Of a DNA stretch of 64,000 bases, positions 18,557-27,164 are shown piece after piece. The notes below the pieces were generated by a model, which made no database searches, was not told the origin of the DNA, and saw nothing but the letters and a program-made list of their open reading frames with translations. Location: IMG/VR virus record IMGVR_UViG_3300024348_000021. One strand, given 5' to 3'. A program made the translations under genes and the position numbers. The stretch's first letter is position 1; the number at the start of each line of letters is the position of its first letter. The stretch comes from an uncultured virus (IMG/VR IMGVR_UViG_3300024348_000021) (Duplodnaviria > Heunggongvirae > Uroviricota > Caudoviricetes).

Positions 18557-18564
18557 TAAATTTG
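18557..18564 (+). promoter_or_regulatory. Bacteroidota-type -7 promoter element for recA
   Basis: TAAATTTG between the terminator and ATG 18583. Confidence 0.55.
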
Positions 18565-18582
18565 TATACAAAATTAACAATT

Positions 18583-19620
18583 ATGGCGAAAGCAGTAAAA
18601 CAACCAACAGACAGTGGTGTCTCTAAACTCCAAGACGCTTTGGATAAATTAAACAAAGCATATGGTGTAGGAACAGTTCTTGCACTAGATTCCAAAACAG
18701 ATGGTCACTATGACATTATTAGTACAGGTTCAATTGGATTTGATTGGATCACATTAGGTACTGGTGGATTTGTTAAAGGAAAATTATATGAACTTATGGG
18801 ATGGGAAGGTTCAGGCAAGTCTACTATATGTGGTCATGCTGTTGCTGAATGTCAGAAGGCAGGAGGTAAGGTAGTTTATATTGATGGCGAACATGCTGTA
18901 GATAAAAATTACTTTGAAGCAATTGGTGTAAACACTGCAGACATGTTAATCTCTCAACCAAGTTGTGGTGAAGAAGGATTTAACATTGCATTAGAAATGA
19001 TTAAGACTGATGAAGTTGATCTTGTAATCATTGACTCAGACTCATCTTTGATTCCTAAGAAGGTATTAGATGGTGAAGTGGGTGATTCATCAATTGGTTT
19101 GAAAGCTAGACTAAATAGCAGTGTATATTCAAAACTAAAATCTGCAATATCCATACACAATACATGTGTTATTGTCATCTCTCAATATCGTGAGAAGATT
19201 GGTGTGATGTTTGGTAATCCAACTACAACACAAGGTGGACATGCATTAAAGTTTGCATCTGATGCTCGTATAGAAGTCAGTAAGTCAGCTGCTAAAGATG
19301 GTGATGTAACTTATGGTAATATCACTAAAGTGAAATGTGCTAAGAATAGAATGAGTCCTCCATTTAGAATGACTACATTTGAGATTGTATATGGTGTAGG
19401 TATTGACAAGGTGAAAGAAATCATGGACCTTCTTAATGAATATGAACTTGGTAGAAAGTATGGCCAGACAATGACATTCAATGATGTTAAATACAATCTT
19501 GAAGAGTTTAAGACAATGTTATTAGATAATGAAGAGTTCTATAATGAAATTAAAACTAGTATTGTTAACAAAATTAAAAACGTTAAAATAGAAGAGTATG
19601 AACCAGCCATTGAAAATTAA
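18583..19620 (+). CDS. recA: RecA recombinase
   Basis: ISTGS, GWEGSGKST, IDGEHA, SQP, IIDS, SQYREKIGVMFGNPTTTQGGHALKF, KNRMSPPF; start moved to ATG 18583. Confidence 0.92.
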   Translation: MAKAVKQPTDSGVSKLQDALDKLNKAYGVGTVLALDSKTDGHYDIISTGSIGFDWITLGTGGFVKGKLYELMGWEGSGKSTICGHAVAECQKAGGKVVYIDGEHAVDKNYFEAIGVNTADMLISQPSCGEEGFNIALEMIKTDEVDLVIIDSDSSLIPKKVLDGEVGDSSIGLKARLNSSVYSKLKSAISIHNTCVIVISQYREKIGVMFGNPTTTQGGHALKFASDARIEVSKSAAKDGDVTYGNITKVKCAKNRMSPPFRMTTFEIVYGVGIDKVKEIMDLLNEYELGRKYGQTMTFNDVKYNLEEFKTMLLDNEEFYNEIKTSIVNKIKNVKIEEYEPAIEN

Positions 19621-20059
19621 ATTACAAAAGATAACAGAGGATGCAAACATGCCATTTAAGGCATCCTCTGATGCTGCTTGCTATGATGTATACGCACATA
19701 GTATCACAAGTAAAGAAGAAGGTAAAGTAGCTGTAGGATTAGGATTTAAAACTGAAATCCCTAAGGGATATAAAGGCATCCTAGTTCCACGTAGTAACTT
19801 AACTAAACACTTCTGGATGATGAACAACTCCTTTGGTATAATTGATGCTGATTATAGAGGAGAGTGGATGGCAATCTTTACACAAATTCCTGTTCCTTTA
19901 GGATCTCATGAAGGATTTACATCATTTCCTTACAATGTAGGTGATAGAGTGGGTCAAATATTCTTTGAACCAGTTATACCTATATCTTTTGAAGTGGTAC
20001 CTGAGCTAGAGCAATCTGAAAGAGGTGAAGGAGGATTTGGTTCAACTGGTCTTAAGTAA
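19598..20059 (+). CDS. dut: dUTPase (trimeric)
   Basis: ACYDVY, PRS, GIIDADYRGE, GDRVGQ, RGEGGFGSTG. Confidence 0.93.
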   Translation: MNQPLKIKLQKITEDANMPFKASSDAACYDVYAHSITSKEEGKVAVGLGFKTEIPKGYKGILVPRSNLTKHFWMMNNSFGIIDADYRGEWMAIFTQIPVPLGSHEGFTSFPYNVGDRVGQIFFEPVIPISFEVVPELEQSERGEGGFGSTGLK

Positions 20060-20481
20060 TGGGAACATGTAAAACCTGTGGTAAGAAATGTGATAAGGAG
20101 TATTGCTTTCAGCACAAGCCTAGAAAACAACTTATGTCAAATGGTAAACCTATGAGAAAGGTAAGACTAGGTATTCTTTCTGAGGAATTAATAGACGAAT
20201 GTAAAAAAGAACTAGCTGAAATGCACCTCTTTTTTCTAGAAATATGGAAGAAAAAACCCCATAAGTCTGAGATTAGTGGAACTTATCTAGGATCTGAAGC
20301 ACTGTCAACATTTTTTCATCACATACTACCAAAAAGTAAATATCCTGAAGCTAGTTTAGATGAAGAAAATATTATACTTTTGACATGGGAAGAACATGAC
20401 CAGGTAGAGATGGACCCAACTAGGTATGAAGAAGTAAACAAAAGACGTGAACTATTAAAACAAAAATATGAAATTATTTAA
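20059..20481 (+). CDS. HNH-like nuclease with N-terminal Cys cluster
   Basis: CKTCGKKC..YCFQH; FHHILPKSKYP...NIILLTWEEH. Confidence 0.55.
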   Translation: MGTCKTCGKKCDKEYCFQHKPRKQLMSNGKPMRKVRLGILSEELIDECKKELAEMHLFFLEIWKKKPHKSEISGTYLGSEALSTFFHHILPKSKYPEASLDEENIILLTWEEHDQVEMDPTRYEEVNKRRELLKQKYEII

Positions 20482-20923
20482 TTGGGCAATTGGTATAACA
20501 ATATTAGGAATAACAATATTTGGTATACTTAAAGTTGCAGACATTATACCAAGTGAATTAACCACTAAATATGAATTAATCACCCTTAGTGGAGATACAT
20601 TTGATATGGATGTCAAAGTTTTGATTACAGATGATACAGCATTTGCTGCTAAGTATGTAAGAGAGAACTTAGATAGTGCAGTGACAGGAGCAGACTTTGA
20701 TTGTAGAGGAATTACATTTCCTATCAGAGATGGTAAATCTCCAATTATATGGTTACCTTATAAAAGTCCTGTAGCCATCATCAATCATGAATTATTTCAT
20801 GCTACAGTGGAAGTTATGACTTGGGCATCAGTACCATTTAATGTAGCAACAGAAGAAGTGTATGCATATGAATTACAACACCTATCACAGCAATTAGATA
20901 ACCAAATAAATATAATCAAATGA
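20468..20923 (+). CDS. membrane-anchored zincin-like metallopeptidase
   Basis: N-terminal hydrophobic helix; HELFH...EEVYAY. Confidence 0.55.
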   Translation: MKLFNWAIGITILGITIFGILKVADIIPSELTTKYELITLSGDTFDMDVKVLITDDTAFAAKYVRENLDSAVTGADFDCRGITFPIRDGKSPIIWLPYKSPVAIINHELFHATVEVMTWASVPFNVATEEVYAYELQHLSQQLDNQINIIK

Positions 20924-21180
20924 TTGCAACAGCATGGGACAATGTTCCAGAACAAAAACAAGAAGCAGATTTACCTTTACAACACAAGCTTCACATTGAA
21001 AGAATTGAATTATCAAACAAGATTGAGAAGTTAAAAGCTTTCATAACACTAAATCCTGATTTTAAAGAAGTAAGCTATAGACATGGACGTTTGCTAGAAG
21101 AACAATTAGCAGCTATGCAAATGTATGAAGGTATTTTAGTTCAAAGAATGATATTATTAAATAACCCAAATGAAGATTAA
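20920..21180 (+). CDS. crAss001_48-like helical hairpin protein
   Basis: EL..KIEKLKAFI...F.....LL..QL..MQMY..IL..R pattern. Confidence 0.55.
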   Translation: MIATAWDNVPEQKQEADLPLQHKLHIERIELSNKIEKLKAFITLNPDFKEVSYRHGRLLEEQLAAMQMYEGILVQRMILLNNPNED

Positions 21181-21181
21181 C

Positions 21182-21445
21182 ATGAATTTATTCTTTTACA
21201 CAAGAGAAGTAGATGGAAAGATCTACACAGACAGTTTTAACATTAACAAGGTAGTTAGGTCTATGCAAGTAGATGAAAACAAAGTAATCCTTGTATTAGA
21301 TGACATACATGAGCGTTCTGAACAAGTACCTGATGTTAAAAATGGTAAAGTGGTTGGTTCCAAAAGAGAACGTAACACTTTCCAAACAGAAATCACATTA
21401 AGTGGTAACGACATTGAAAGATTCCATAACCTAGCAAATAAATAA
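21182..21445 (+). CDS. hypothetical protein
   Basis: MNLFFYTRE...DSFNINKV; alternative start at 21170. Confidence 0.6.
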   Translation: MNLFFYTREVDGKIYTDSFNINKVVRSMQVDENKVILVLDDIHERSEQVPDVKNGKVVGSKRERNTFQTEITLSGNDIERFHNLANK

Positions 21446-21446
21446 C

Positions 21447-21728
21447 ATGAAACTATTAGGAAATCGCATCTATTTAGAGATGCCAAAGCAAGATGAAGAC
21501 AGTAAGTTAATTGTAGATGACAACACTAAAGAAGCATTACAAAGAGAAATGCTTAAGAAGTTCTCTAAGTTAACAGTACACACAGTGGGTGATACTATAT
21601 CAAATATAAAAACAGGAGATGTAGTGTTGGTAGATCCAGGTGTATTAGCAAAAGCTCCATTAGTAGACTTATCAGAAAATGAGCAAGTATTACTAGTATC
21701 TCCATTTGATGTTATAATGATTTGGTAA
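21447..21728 (+). CDS. GroES-like co-chaperonin
   Basis: MKLLGNRIYLE...VHTVGD...IKTGDVVLV; 93 aa. Confidence 0.65.
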   Translation: MKLLGNRIYLEMPKQDEDSKLIVDDNTKEALQREMLKKFSKLTVHTVGDTISNIKTGDVVLVDPGVLAKAPLVDLSENEQVLLVSPFDVIMIW

Positions 21729-21729
21729 T

Positions 21730-22500
21730 ATGAACTATCCATTTATATCATGTAAGTGTATAACATATGGAAGAGTAGCCACGCTTGAGGAGAGCGTTGA
21801 GTCTTTCCTCAAGCAGGACTACCCTGCAGATAAGTGTGAACTCATCATAGTTAATGATTATCCCTTACAAACTCTTATATTTGATCATCCTCAAGTTAAG
21901 GTAGTTAACCTAGTTAAGACCTTTGAGACCATAGGAGAGAAAGAAAACTTTGCTACAGAACTGTGTCAAGGAGATATTATATGTCAATGGGACGATGATG
22001 ATATAGCTCTACCAAACCATCTAAATAATGTAGCTAAATACATGACAGAAGAAGTTAACATACTTCATTGGCAGATAGGTGTATTGTGTCATATTACAGG
22101 TATTGAGCAAGTTGGTTGGATAGGTAATTCTGGTCTTGTGTTTAGAAAAGCAGCTTGGAAAGCAATAGGGGGACATCCTCTTGAAAATGCTGGATATGAT
22201 ATGACTTTCATTGAAAGACTACATAAACATGGAGGTAGACTATTTGCTAGTCCACCTAAAGAAGAAGCCAGCTGGTTCTATATGTGGGGAGGAAGAGGAT
22301 ACCACATGAGTGGGGAAGGTACAGATCATCCTAAAAAACTCAACGCTATACAAAGACACAGTGCTCACATTGAATCTGAAAGACGTTTAGGAAAAGTTCC
22401 TACAGGAGATGTTCAATTAAATCCCCATTGGGATAAAGATTATTCAGAATTATTAAAAGACTATTTAAAATGGCACATCCAGAACAAAGAACCTTCATGA
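21730..22500 (+). CDS. glycosyltransferase family 2
   Basis: ITYGR...LEESVESFLKQDY..ELIIVND; IGEKEN; QWDDDD. Confidence 0.85.
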   Translation: MNYPFISCKCITYGRVATLEESVESFLKQDYPADKCELIIVNDYPLQTLIFDHPQVKVVNLVKTFETIGEKENFATELCQGDIICQWDDDDIALPNHLNNVAKYMTEEVNILHWQIGVLCHITGIEQVGWIGNSGLVFRKAAWKAIGGHPLENAGYDMTFIERLHKHGGRLFASPPKEEASWFYMWGGRGYHMSGEGTDHPKKLNAIQRHSAHIESERRLGKVPTGDVQLNPHWDKDYSELLKDYLKWHIQNKEPS

Positions 22501-23006
22501 CTTACGTAAAGGAAAAGTTTCCTGAGAAGTTTGTCAATTGTAGAGTGTTAGATGTTGGTTCATTAGATATTAATGGAAACAATAGATATCTATTTACAAA
22601 TTATAAGTACATTGGTGTAGATATTGGAGCAGGTAATAATGTAGATGTTGTATGTAGAGGACATGAGTTTAAAGACTCTGAAGGATTTGATATTGTTATA
22701 TCAGCTGAATGCTTTGAGCATGATGAGTTCTGGAAGGATACAATTAAAAACTGTATTGCTTTAACTAAACCAGGAGGAGTGTTCTTATTTAGCTGTGCTA
22801 CAACAGGGAGACCTGAGCATGGTACCAAGAGAAGTAATCCTCAAGACTCTCCATTTACATCCTTAATAGAAAATGATTACTATATGAATCTTACAGAACA
22901 AGATGTTCGTGAAGAGATAGATATGGAAAATCATTTCTCACAACATGAGTTTGTTGCTAGAGAAACATGGCCTCAAGATTTATATTTCTGGGGAATCAAG
23001 AAATAA
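22470..23006 (+). CDS. class I SAM-dependent methyltransferase
   Basis: VLDVGSLDING, GVDI, FDIVISAECFEHD, KPGG. Confidence 0.85.
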   Translation: MAHPEQRTFMTYVKEKFPEKFVNCRVLDVGSLDINGNNRYLFTNYKYIGVDIGAGNNVDVVCRGHEFKDSEGFDIVISAECFEHDEFWKDTIKNCIALTKPGGVFLFSCATTGRPEHGTKRSNPQDSPFTSLIENDYYMNLTEQDVREEIDMENHFSQHEFVARETWPQDLYFWGIKK

Positions 23007-23040
23007 AAAAAGCCTCCATTTCTGGGGGCTTTTCTTTTCT
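23005..23040. terminator. bidirectional terminator at the convergence of the two genome arms
   Basis: A tract-GCCTCC-ATTTCT-GGGGGC-TTTTCTTTT. Confidence 0.75.
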
Positions 23041-23163
23041 CCCATTGGGAGCAGACCTATAATACTGAGACTATAGGGGAGGAATGACTCTTCTTTAAGA
23101 TCACAGCTCTAGAAACTGGAGGATCAACCTGAGCGTGCAGTTCTTATGGGATGCAGGAGAAGA
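23035..23163 (+). ncRNA. candidate multi-hairpin structured RNA
   Basis: GC-richer non-coding stretch with 4-5 hairpins and a closing stem TTTTCTCC/GGAGAAGA; G-U pairs favour the + strand. Confidence 0.4.
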
Positions 23164-23166
23164 CAA

Positions 23167-23370
23167 TTATTTTGATAACCTCTTTTGTTTAAGAGGCCAC
23201 ATTTTACTTTTCAATCTAAGCTTTGTATCAGCTTCCTTCATATAATTACCATTAATTGGTTTAGGAGGAGCTACCTTTGGAGCTGGTCTTGGTGTACCAG
23301 AACCTTTAGCTTTCCCTGCAGTCATTGGTTTTACTGACTTTGCTGCTTTGGTAGTTACTTTAGATGCCAT
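23167..23370 (-). CDS. small Lys-rich basic protein
   Basis: 67 aa, K/A/P-rich. Confidence 0.65.
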   Translation of the reverse strand: MASKVTTKAAKSVKPMTAGKAKGSGTPRPAPKVAPPKPINGNYMKEADTKLRLKSKMWPLKQKRLSK

Positions 23371-23372
23371 GA

Positions 23373-23501
23373 TTATTTTTTTACTGAGTCAATAGCTACA
23401 GTGTCAACTTTAGCTGTAGAATCTGTTTTAACTTCTGTTGAAGCGTTACCACCACAAGCTGCTAATGCAGCAATAAATACAATTGCAATTACTTTTTTCA
23501 T
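23373..23501 (-). CDS. small lipoprotein (not in the ORF track)
   Basis: MKKVIAIVFIAALAAC-GGNASTEVKTDSTAKVDTVAIDSVKK*; signal peptide II with LAAC lipobox; fills the gap between neighbours exactly. Confidence 0.75.
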   Translation of the reverse strand: MKKVIAIVFIAALAACGGNASTEVKTDSTAKVDTVAIDSVKK

Positions 23502-23517
23502 ATATATTTGTTTATTA

Positions 23518-24300
23518 TTAACAACCATTTTTACATTTGCCACCTTTTTTCATTATGGATGTACCATACTTAGCTTTAGTTAAACCTACAGCTTTTGTAG
23601 CTTTACCTGTGTAGTTTTTACCAATTTGTCTTGTATAAGAACCTAATTGCATAGATACAGTACCACCAGATTTCATTTTCTTCTTAGCACCTGCAATTCT
23701 ATCTGCTGCTGTAGGTTTTGGGTTTTTGTCAATACCAGCTTTTACTGATAACATACCAAAAGATGTACCATTCTTAGCTTTTTTAATCATCTTACCACCA
23801 TTTTTGTTTTCATACAAGTTCATATTTCTAGGAACACCAACACGTTTTTCAACAGTTTTTTCAAGAGAATCAGCTTTTCTTCTATTAGAGGCCTTTTCAT
23901 CTAACATTCCTCGTAATCCTTTTGGACCTACTTTAGGATTTGCTGAACGTAAAGAATCTGCAGTTTTAAAAGTTTTTTTAGTATAAGCTGCGTCATCGTC
24001 TCCTCTTTTATTAAATGCATCATATTTTGCTTTTATTTCTGAAGCTTTTTTCTTTATTCCACCTAAAATACCATTTTGTGCTTTCTTAATTATTTTACCA
24101 CCTTTTTTCATAGGTTGTGCCATAGATCTTCTTTCTGCTATAGCTTTAGCTATTTGTGGATTTTCAGCACCTCTTGCATCTCTTCTAGCACTAATTCTGC
24201 TAGCTACTGTTCTAGCTCTTAAAGGATTAGATTCTTCAATTCTATCAACTCTTTTCATTTGACGATCATTAAGATTCTTAGGTTTTACTATTACTCCCAT
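23518..24300 (-). CDS. Lys-rich protein with repeated xKxGG / KAxxG motifs
   Basis: MKKGGK, KKAQNG, NKNGGK, KKAKNG, MKSGG, KAKYG. Confidence 0.75.
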   Translation of the reverse strand: MGVIVKPKNLNDRQMKRVDRIEESNPLRARTVASRISARRDARGAENPQIAKAIAERRSMAQPMKKGGKIIKKAQNGILGGIKKKASEIKAKYDAFNKRGDDDAAYTKKTFKTADSLRSANPKVGPKGLRGMLDEKASNRRKADSLEKTVEKRVGVPRNMNLYENKNGGKMIKKAKNGTSFGMLSVKAGIDKNPKPTAADRIAGAKKKMKSGGTVSMQLGSYTRQIGKNYTGKATKAVGLTKAKYGTSIMKKGGKCKNGC

Positions 24301-24318
24301 TTTTTATATTTTAAATTG

Positions 24319-24741
24319 TTAACATTTCCATTTACGTAAAGACTTATTAATCCTACTGTTAGGATCATTAGCAGTCTTAGAACTTGTAAGTTTACTTTTC
24401 ATACCAGACATCCTAGCACAGAATGATTTCTTTCTAGGACCTCCTTGAGGTTGTGGTGCTTTAAGACCTGGTTTACCTGGGTTAGCTCTGTTGTAAGAGG
24501 CTCTACCTTTTGCATTGAGTCCTCCTGAAGGATTCTTACCTTCCTTACGTTGCCAAGCTGGAGAAACTTTACCACCTTTCTTTAATGATGTACCATCTTT
24601 TTTAATTAGATGACCATTAGGAACAGGTGTGATAGCACCCTTAATAGGACTTAGAGTGTCTCCATTTCTGAGAACACCTTTCCCTACATAGGCTGTAGCT
24701 TTCTGTGGGTTCCAAGGACCTGCTTTTCTTATACTTGCCAT
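24319..24741 (-). CDS. basic protein with DUF6321-like C-terminal domain
   Basis: AWQRKEGKNPSGGLNAKGR...SFCARMSGMK...SRINKSLRKWKC after an LKKGGK linker. Confidence 0.7.
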   Translation of the reverse strand: MASIRKAGPWNPQKATAYVGKGVLRNGDTLSPIKGAITPVPNGHLIKKDGTSLKKGGKVSPAWQRKEGKNPSGGLNAKGRASYNRANPGKPGLKAPQPQGGPRKKSFCARMSGMKSKLTSSKTANDPNSRINKSLRKWKC

Positions 24742-24893
24742 TATTTACCTTTTCTAGCTCTGCCCATTGCTTTAAATGTCTTAGCTAAAGCTTTACGCTT
24801 AGGAGTACATGTAGCTTTGGTCATTGGTGTACAATATCCTTTGTGTTTAGGATTAACAGCATCTTGTATCCAATTCTTTTTAGCTGTTGCCAT
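24741..24893 (-). CDS. small basic protein (not in the ORF track)
   Basis: MATAKKNWIQDAVNPKHKGYCTPMTKATCTPKRKALAKTFKAMGRARKGK*; TAATG-coupled to the next gene. Confidence 0.75.
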   Translation of the reverse strand: MATAKKNWIQDAVNPKHKGYCTPMTKATCTPKRKALAKTFKAMGRARKGK

Positions 24894-24895
24894 AA

Positions 24896-25249
24896 CTATT
24901 TCTTTTTAGATTTCAACTTAGGAGCCATTTCACCACTACGCTTCTCCACTAATTCAGATTCACGCTTTAACGCTGCTTTTCTGAAACCTGCTGGATTAAC
25001 TTCTTTTGTAGCTTTTTGTTTTTTATCAAGACCATAAGACTTTTCAGAACGACCCATCTTACCACCCATTTTCATCTTAGTGGCACCTAGTTCTTTATCT
25101 CTAGTTAACTTAGCTTTGCCTTTAGCACCTGCTAAGGTAGCTTCTTGAACTTTAGTCCAAGCACCTTGAGGATCAATAGGTCCTACACGTTTGTCAGAAG
25201 CTTTCATTCCTGATAGGCTACCCATTCTATCTTTTGTTATCTTTGCCAT
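24896..25249 (-). CDS. Lys-rich basic protein
   Basis: 117 aa, contains MKMGGK. Confidence 0.7.
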   Translation of the reverse strand: MAKITKDRMGSLSGMKASDKRVGPIDPQGAWTKVQEATLAGAKGKAKLTRDKELGATKMKMGGKMGRSEKSYGLDKKQKATKEVNPAGFRKAALKRESELVEKRSGEMAPKLKSKKK

Positions 25250-25692
25250 TATTTTTTAGTTTTAGCTTTTATTTTCTTTTCTTGTTTTAACATGGCAGCT
25301 GTAGGTTTCTTTCCAGATCCTTTGTTAGCACGAATGTTGTCCCATAGTCCTCTTTTAGAATATGAACCATCAGCACGCTTTAGCATACCACCTGCTTTCA
25401 TTTTGGTTTTACCACCAAACTTTTGCATTATAACCTTACCATTTTTATCAGTTTTGTATGGGTTCTCACCTTTTTTATAGATTTTATCATCTAGTATAGG
25501 TCCTTTTTTAGGAGCTACTTTAGCTTTAGGTTTAGTTGCTGAAGCTTTTTTAGCACCTAACATCTTATCATAGTTACTATTTTCATAGTTAGACTTAGAC
25601 TTTGGAATCATCTTTCCAGGAAACATCTCACTCTCAACCATTCCTTTAGGAACATTTTTGCCTGTTTGGGCTTTCTTCATAACTTTTGCCAT
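25249..25692 (-). CDS. Lys-rich basic protein
   Basis: Start moved to ATG 25692 (MAKVMKKAQTG); QKFGGK, MKAGG, GLWDNIRA motifs. Confidence 0.7.
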   Translation of the reverse strand: MAKVMKKAQTGKNVPKGMVESEMFPGKMIPKSKSNYENSNYDKMLGAKKASATKPKAKVAPKKGPILDDKIYKKGENPYKTDKNGKVIMQKFGGKTKMKAGGMLKRADGSYSKRGLWDNIRANKGSGKKPTAAMLKQEKKIKAKTKK

Positions 25693-25696
25693 AATC

Positions 25697-25969
25697 TTAT
25701 TTGTTTTCTGGAATCTCAACAATTATACCTGATTCAACACCACTAGCTAATGTTTTTTCAAGAACATCACCAGCTTCATGTGCTAGGATAATAGTCTGTG
25801 CTTCCTTTGTACTTGTAATAGAACGTAATGTGTTCAATAACAATCCAAAATCATTACCACTGATTGTAAAGTTTGTCTCTGGAGACCAGGCATACTTCTT
25901 TGTTGGGTCAAATTTAGGACCTTGAGGTGCTTGTTTAGCAACGTCTTCGAAATTGATAATCTCTGCCAT
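25697..25969 (-). CDS. hypothetical protein
   Basis: 90-aa ORF downstream of a consensus promoter. Confidence 0.65.
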   Translation of the reverse strand: MAEIINFEDVAKQAPQGPKFDPTKKYAWSPETNFTISGNDFGLLLNTLRSITSTKEAQTIILAHEAGDVLEKTLASGVESGIIVEIPENK

Positions 25970-25993
25970 ATAATTATATTTTTGGTTTAGTCA

Positions 25994-26025
25994 CAAAGAT
26001 ATGTGTTTACTGCGTATCTTCCAAA
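25994..26025 (-). promoter_or_regulatory. Bacteroidota sigma-A type promoter
   Basis: Minus strand TTTG-N20-TATCTTTG, full consensus. Confidence 0.7.
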
Positions 26026-26300
26026 TTTATTTCAAACACTATAGTTGCAGAACTCTTAATACTTTTAGATAGATTTAATCTAATCTTGAACAGGTTGTGT
26101 AGCTTTAATATCTCCTGCAGCAACATATCATTGTACATAGGCAATGAGGGAGCTAATCTAAAGTGGTACGAGAGAGGGTTCTTAGTGATCTCTAACGTAG
26201 AAAGTTCATCAACTGAAGCAATTACTCCCTCAAGATGTGCAAAATAAGCAAGTTCGTTATCTTGCATCACTTGAGGGAAGAATTTTTTATTTACTTGCAT
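26007..26300 (-). CDS. hypothetical protein
   Basis: 97-aa ORF coupled to the ferritin-like gene. Confidence 0.65.
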   Translation of the reverse strand: MQVNKKFFPQVMQDNELAYFAHLEGVIASVDELSTLEITKNPLSYHFRLAPSLPMYNDMLLQEILKLHNLFKIRLNLSKSIKSSATIVFEINLEDTQ

Positions 26301-26704
26301 TAAGACAAGGTTAATAAGTATTTAGTTTTTGCAGCTTCACCACTTAAGGCATCAGCTAAATTAGCTATGTCGTGATAGCTATTTGATTCAGCATAGCTTT
26401 TCAATGAAGATGCAAAAGATAAAAGATTTGAAACACACTCATTCCCTGTACAATTTGTAAGAGGTTCTATCTTGTATGGAGTGGGTCTTTTACCTGTATA
26501 TCCCATAAGCTTTTCAATTACACCATCTTTGAAATCATGTACGTAATCATACAATCCTCCTAGAGCTTGATGCTCTGCATAACTCTTTGTTTGCCAATGG
26601 GTTAAATGTAATTGCTCATGAAAATATGTAAGCTTCCCAGCTATTGTTTCCAAGTTTAATTCTCCTGATTTCATCATCTCCTCAGGGAATAATGATTTTG
26701 CCAT
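26300..26704 (-). CDS. ferritin/Dps-like protein (DUF5856-like)
   Basis: HLTHWQTKSYAEHQALGGLYD...DGVIEKLMG...KTKYLLTL. Confidence 0.75.
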   Translation of the reverse strand: MAKSLFPEEMMKSGELNLETIAGKLTYFHEQLHLTHWQTKSYAEHQALGGLYDYVHDFKDGVIEKLMGYTGKRPTPYKIEPLTNCTGNECVSNLLSFASSLKSYAESNSYHDIANLADALSGEAAKTKYLLTLS

Positions 26705-26715
26705 TGTTATTGGGT

Positions 26716-26964
26716 TTAACGAGGTTCTGTAGTTGTTGTACTGGTGGTACTAGTAGACGTACTAGTAGAAGTAGTTGTTGTAGTAACTGGAGCTTCTGTA
26801 GTAGTGGTTGTAGTAGTTGTAGGATTACAACACTCATTTGCATCTATCTCTTGCCAGTTACCAACCTTTGGTTTTGATCTTTGTAGTATTAAACTACCTG
26901 CTATCACACGTCCTGTACCATCGTAACGTACATACGCTTTTAATCTATTATTGCTATTTGCCAT
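26716..26964 (-). CDS. microprotein with poly-Thr/Ser tail (paralog A)
   Basis: LKAYVRYDGTGRVI..SLIL.R.KPKVG.W.EI...ECCN, then a tail of almost pure T/S ending TTEPR. Confidence 0.75.
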   Translation of the reverse strand: MANSNNRLKAYVRYDGTGRVIAGSLILQRSKPKVGNWQEIDANECCNPTTTTTTTTEAPVTTTTTSTSTSTSTTSTTTTEPR

Positions 26965-26976
26965 GTTTATTTAATT

Positions 26977-27162
26977 TTAACGAGGTTCAGTGGTTGTTGT
27001 TGTTGTTGTAGGAACATAATTGCAGCATTCATAAGCTGGGATCTCTACCCACTTACCCACTTTTGGTTTCTTTCTTCTTAAGATTAGGCTGCTTGGAACG
27101 ATTCTTCCAGTACCATCAAAGCGTACATAAGCTTTGAGAGGGCGATTAGTATTCTGGGCCAT
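26977..27162 (-). CDS. microprotein with poly-Thr tail (paralog B)
   Basis: Same head domain as paralog A, shorter Thr run, same TTEPR end. Confidence 0.75.
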   Translation of the reverse strand: MAQNTNRPLKAYVRFDGTGRIVPSSLILRRKKPKVGKWVEIPAYECCNYVPTTTTTTTEPR

Positions 27163-27164
27163 AA

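Noticed and set aside
18427..18582. 52-aa N-terminal extension of RecA in the ORF track
   Set aside because: It spans a terminator and a promoter; ATG 18583 gives a normal-length RecA.
16291..19620. Introns or inteins in nrdJ or recA
   Set aside because: Both are continuous and of ordinary length, with no intein splice motifs.
23035..23163. tRNA or tRNA-like gene
   Set aside because: No T-loop (TTCRA), D-loop or acceptor stem geometry on either strand.
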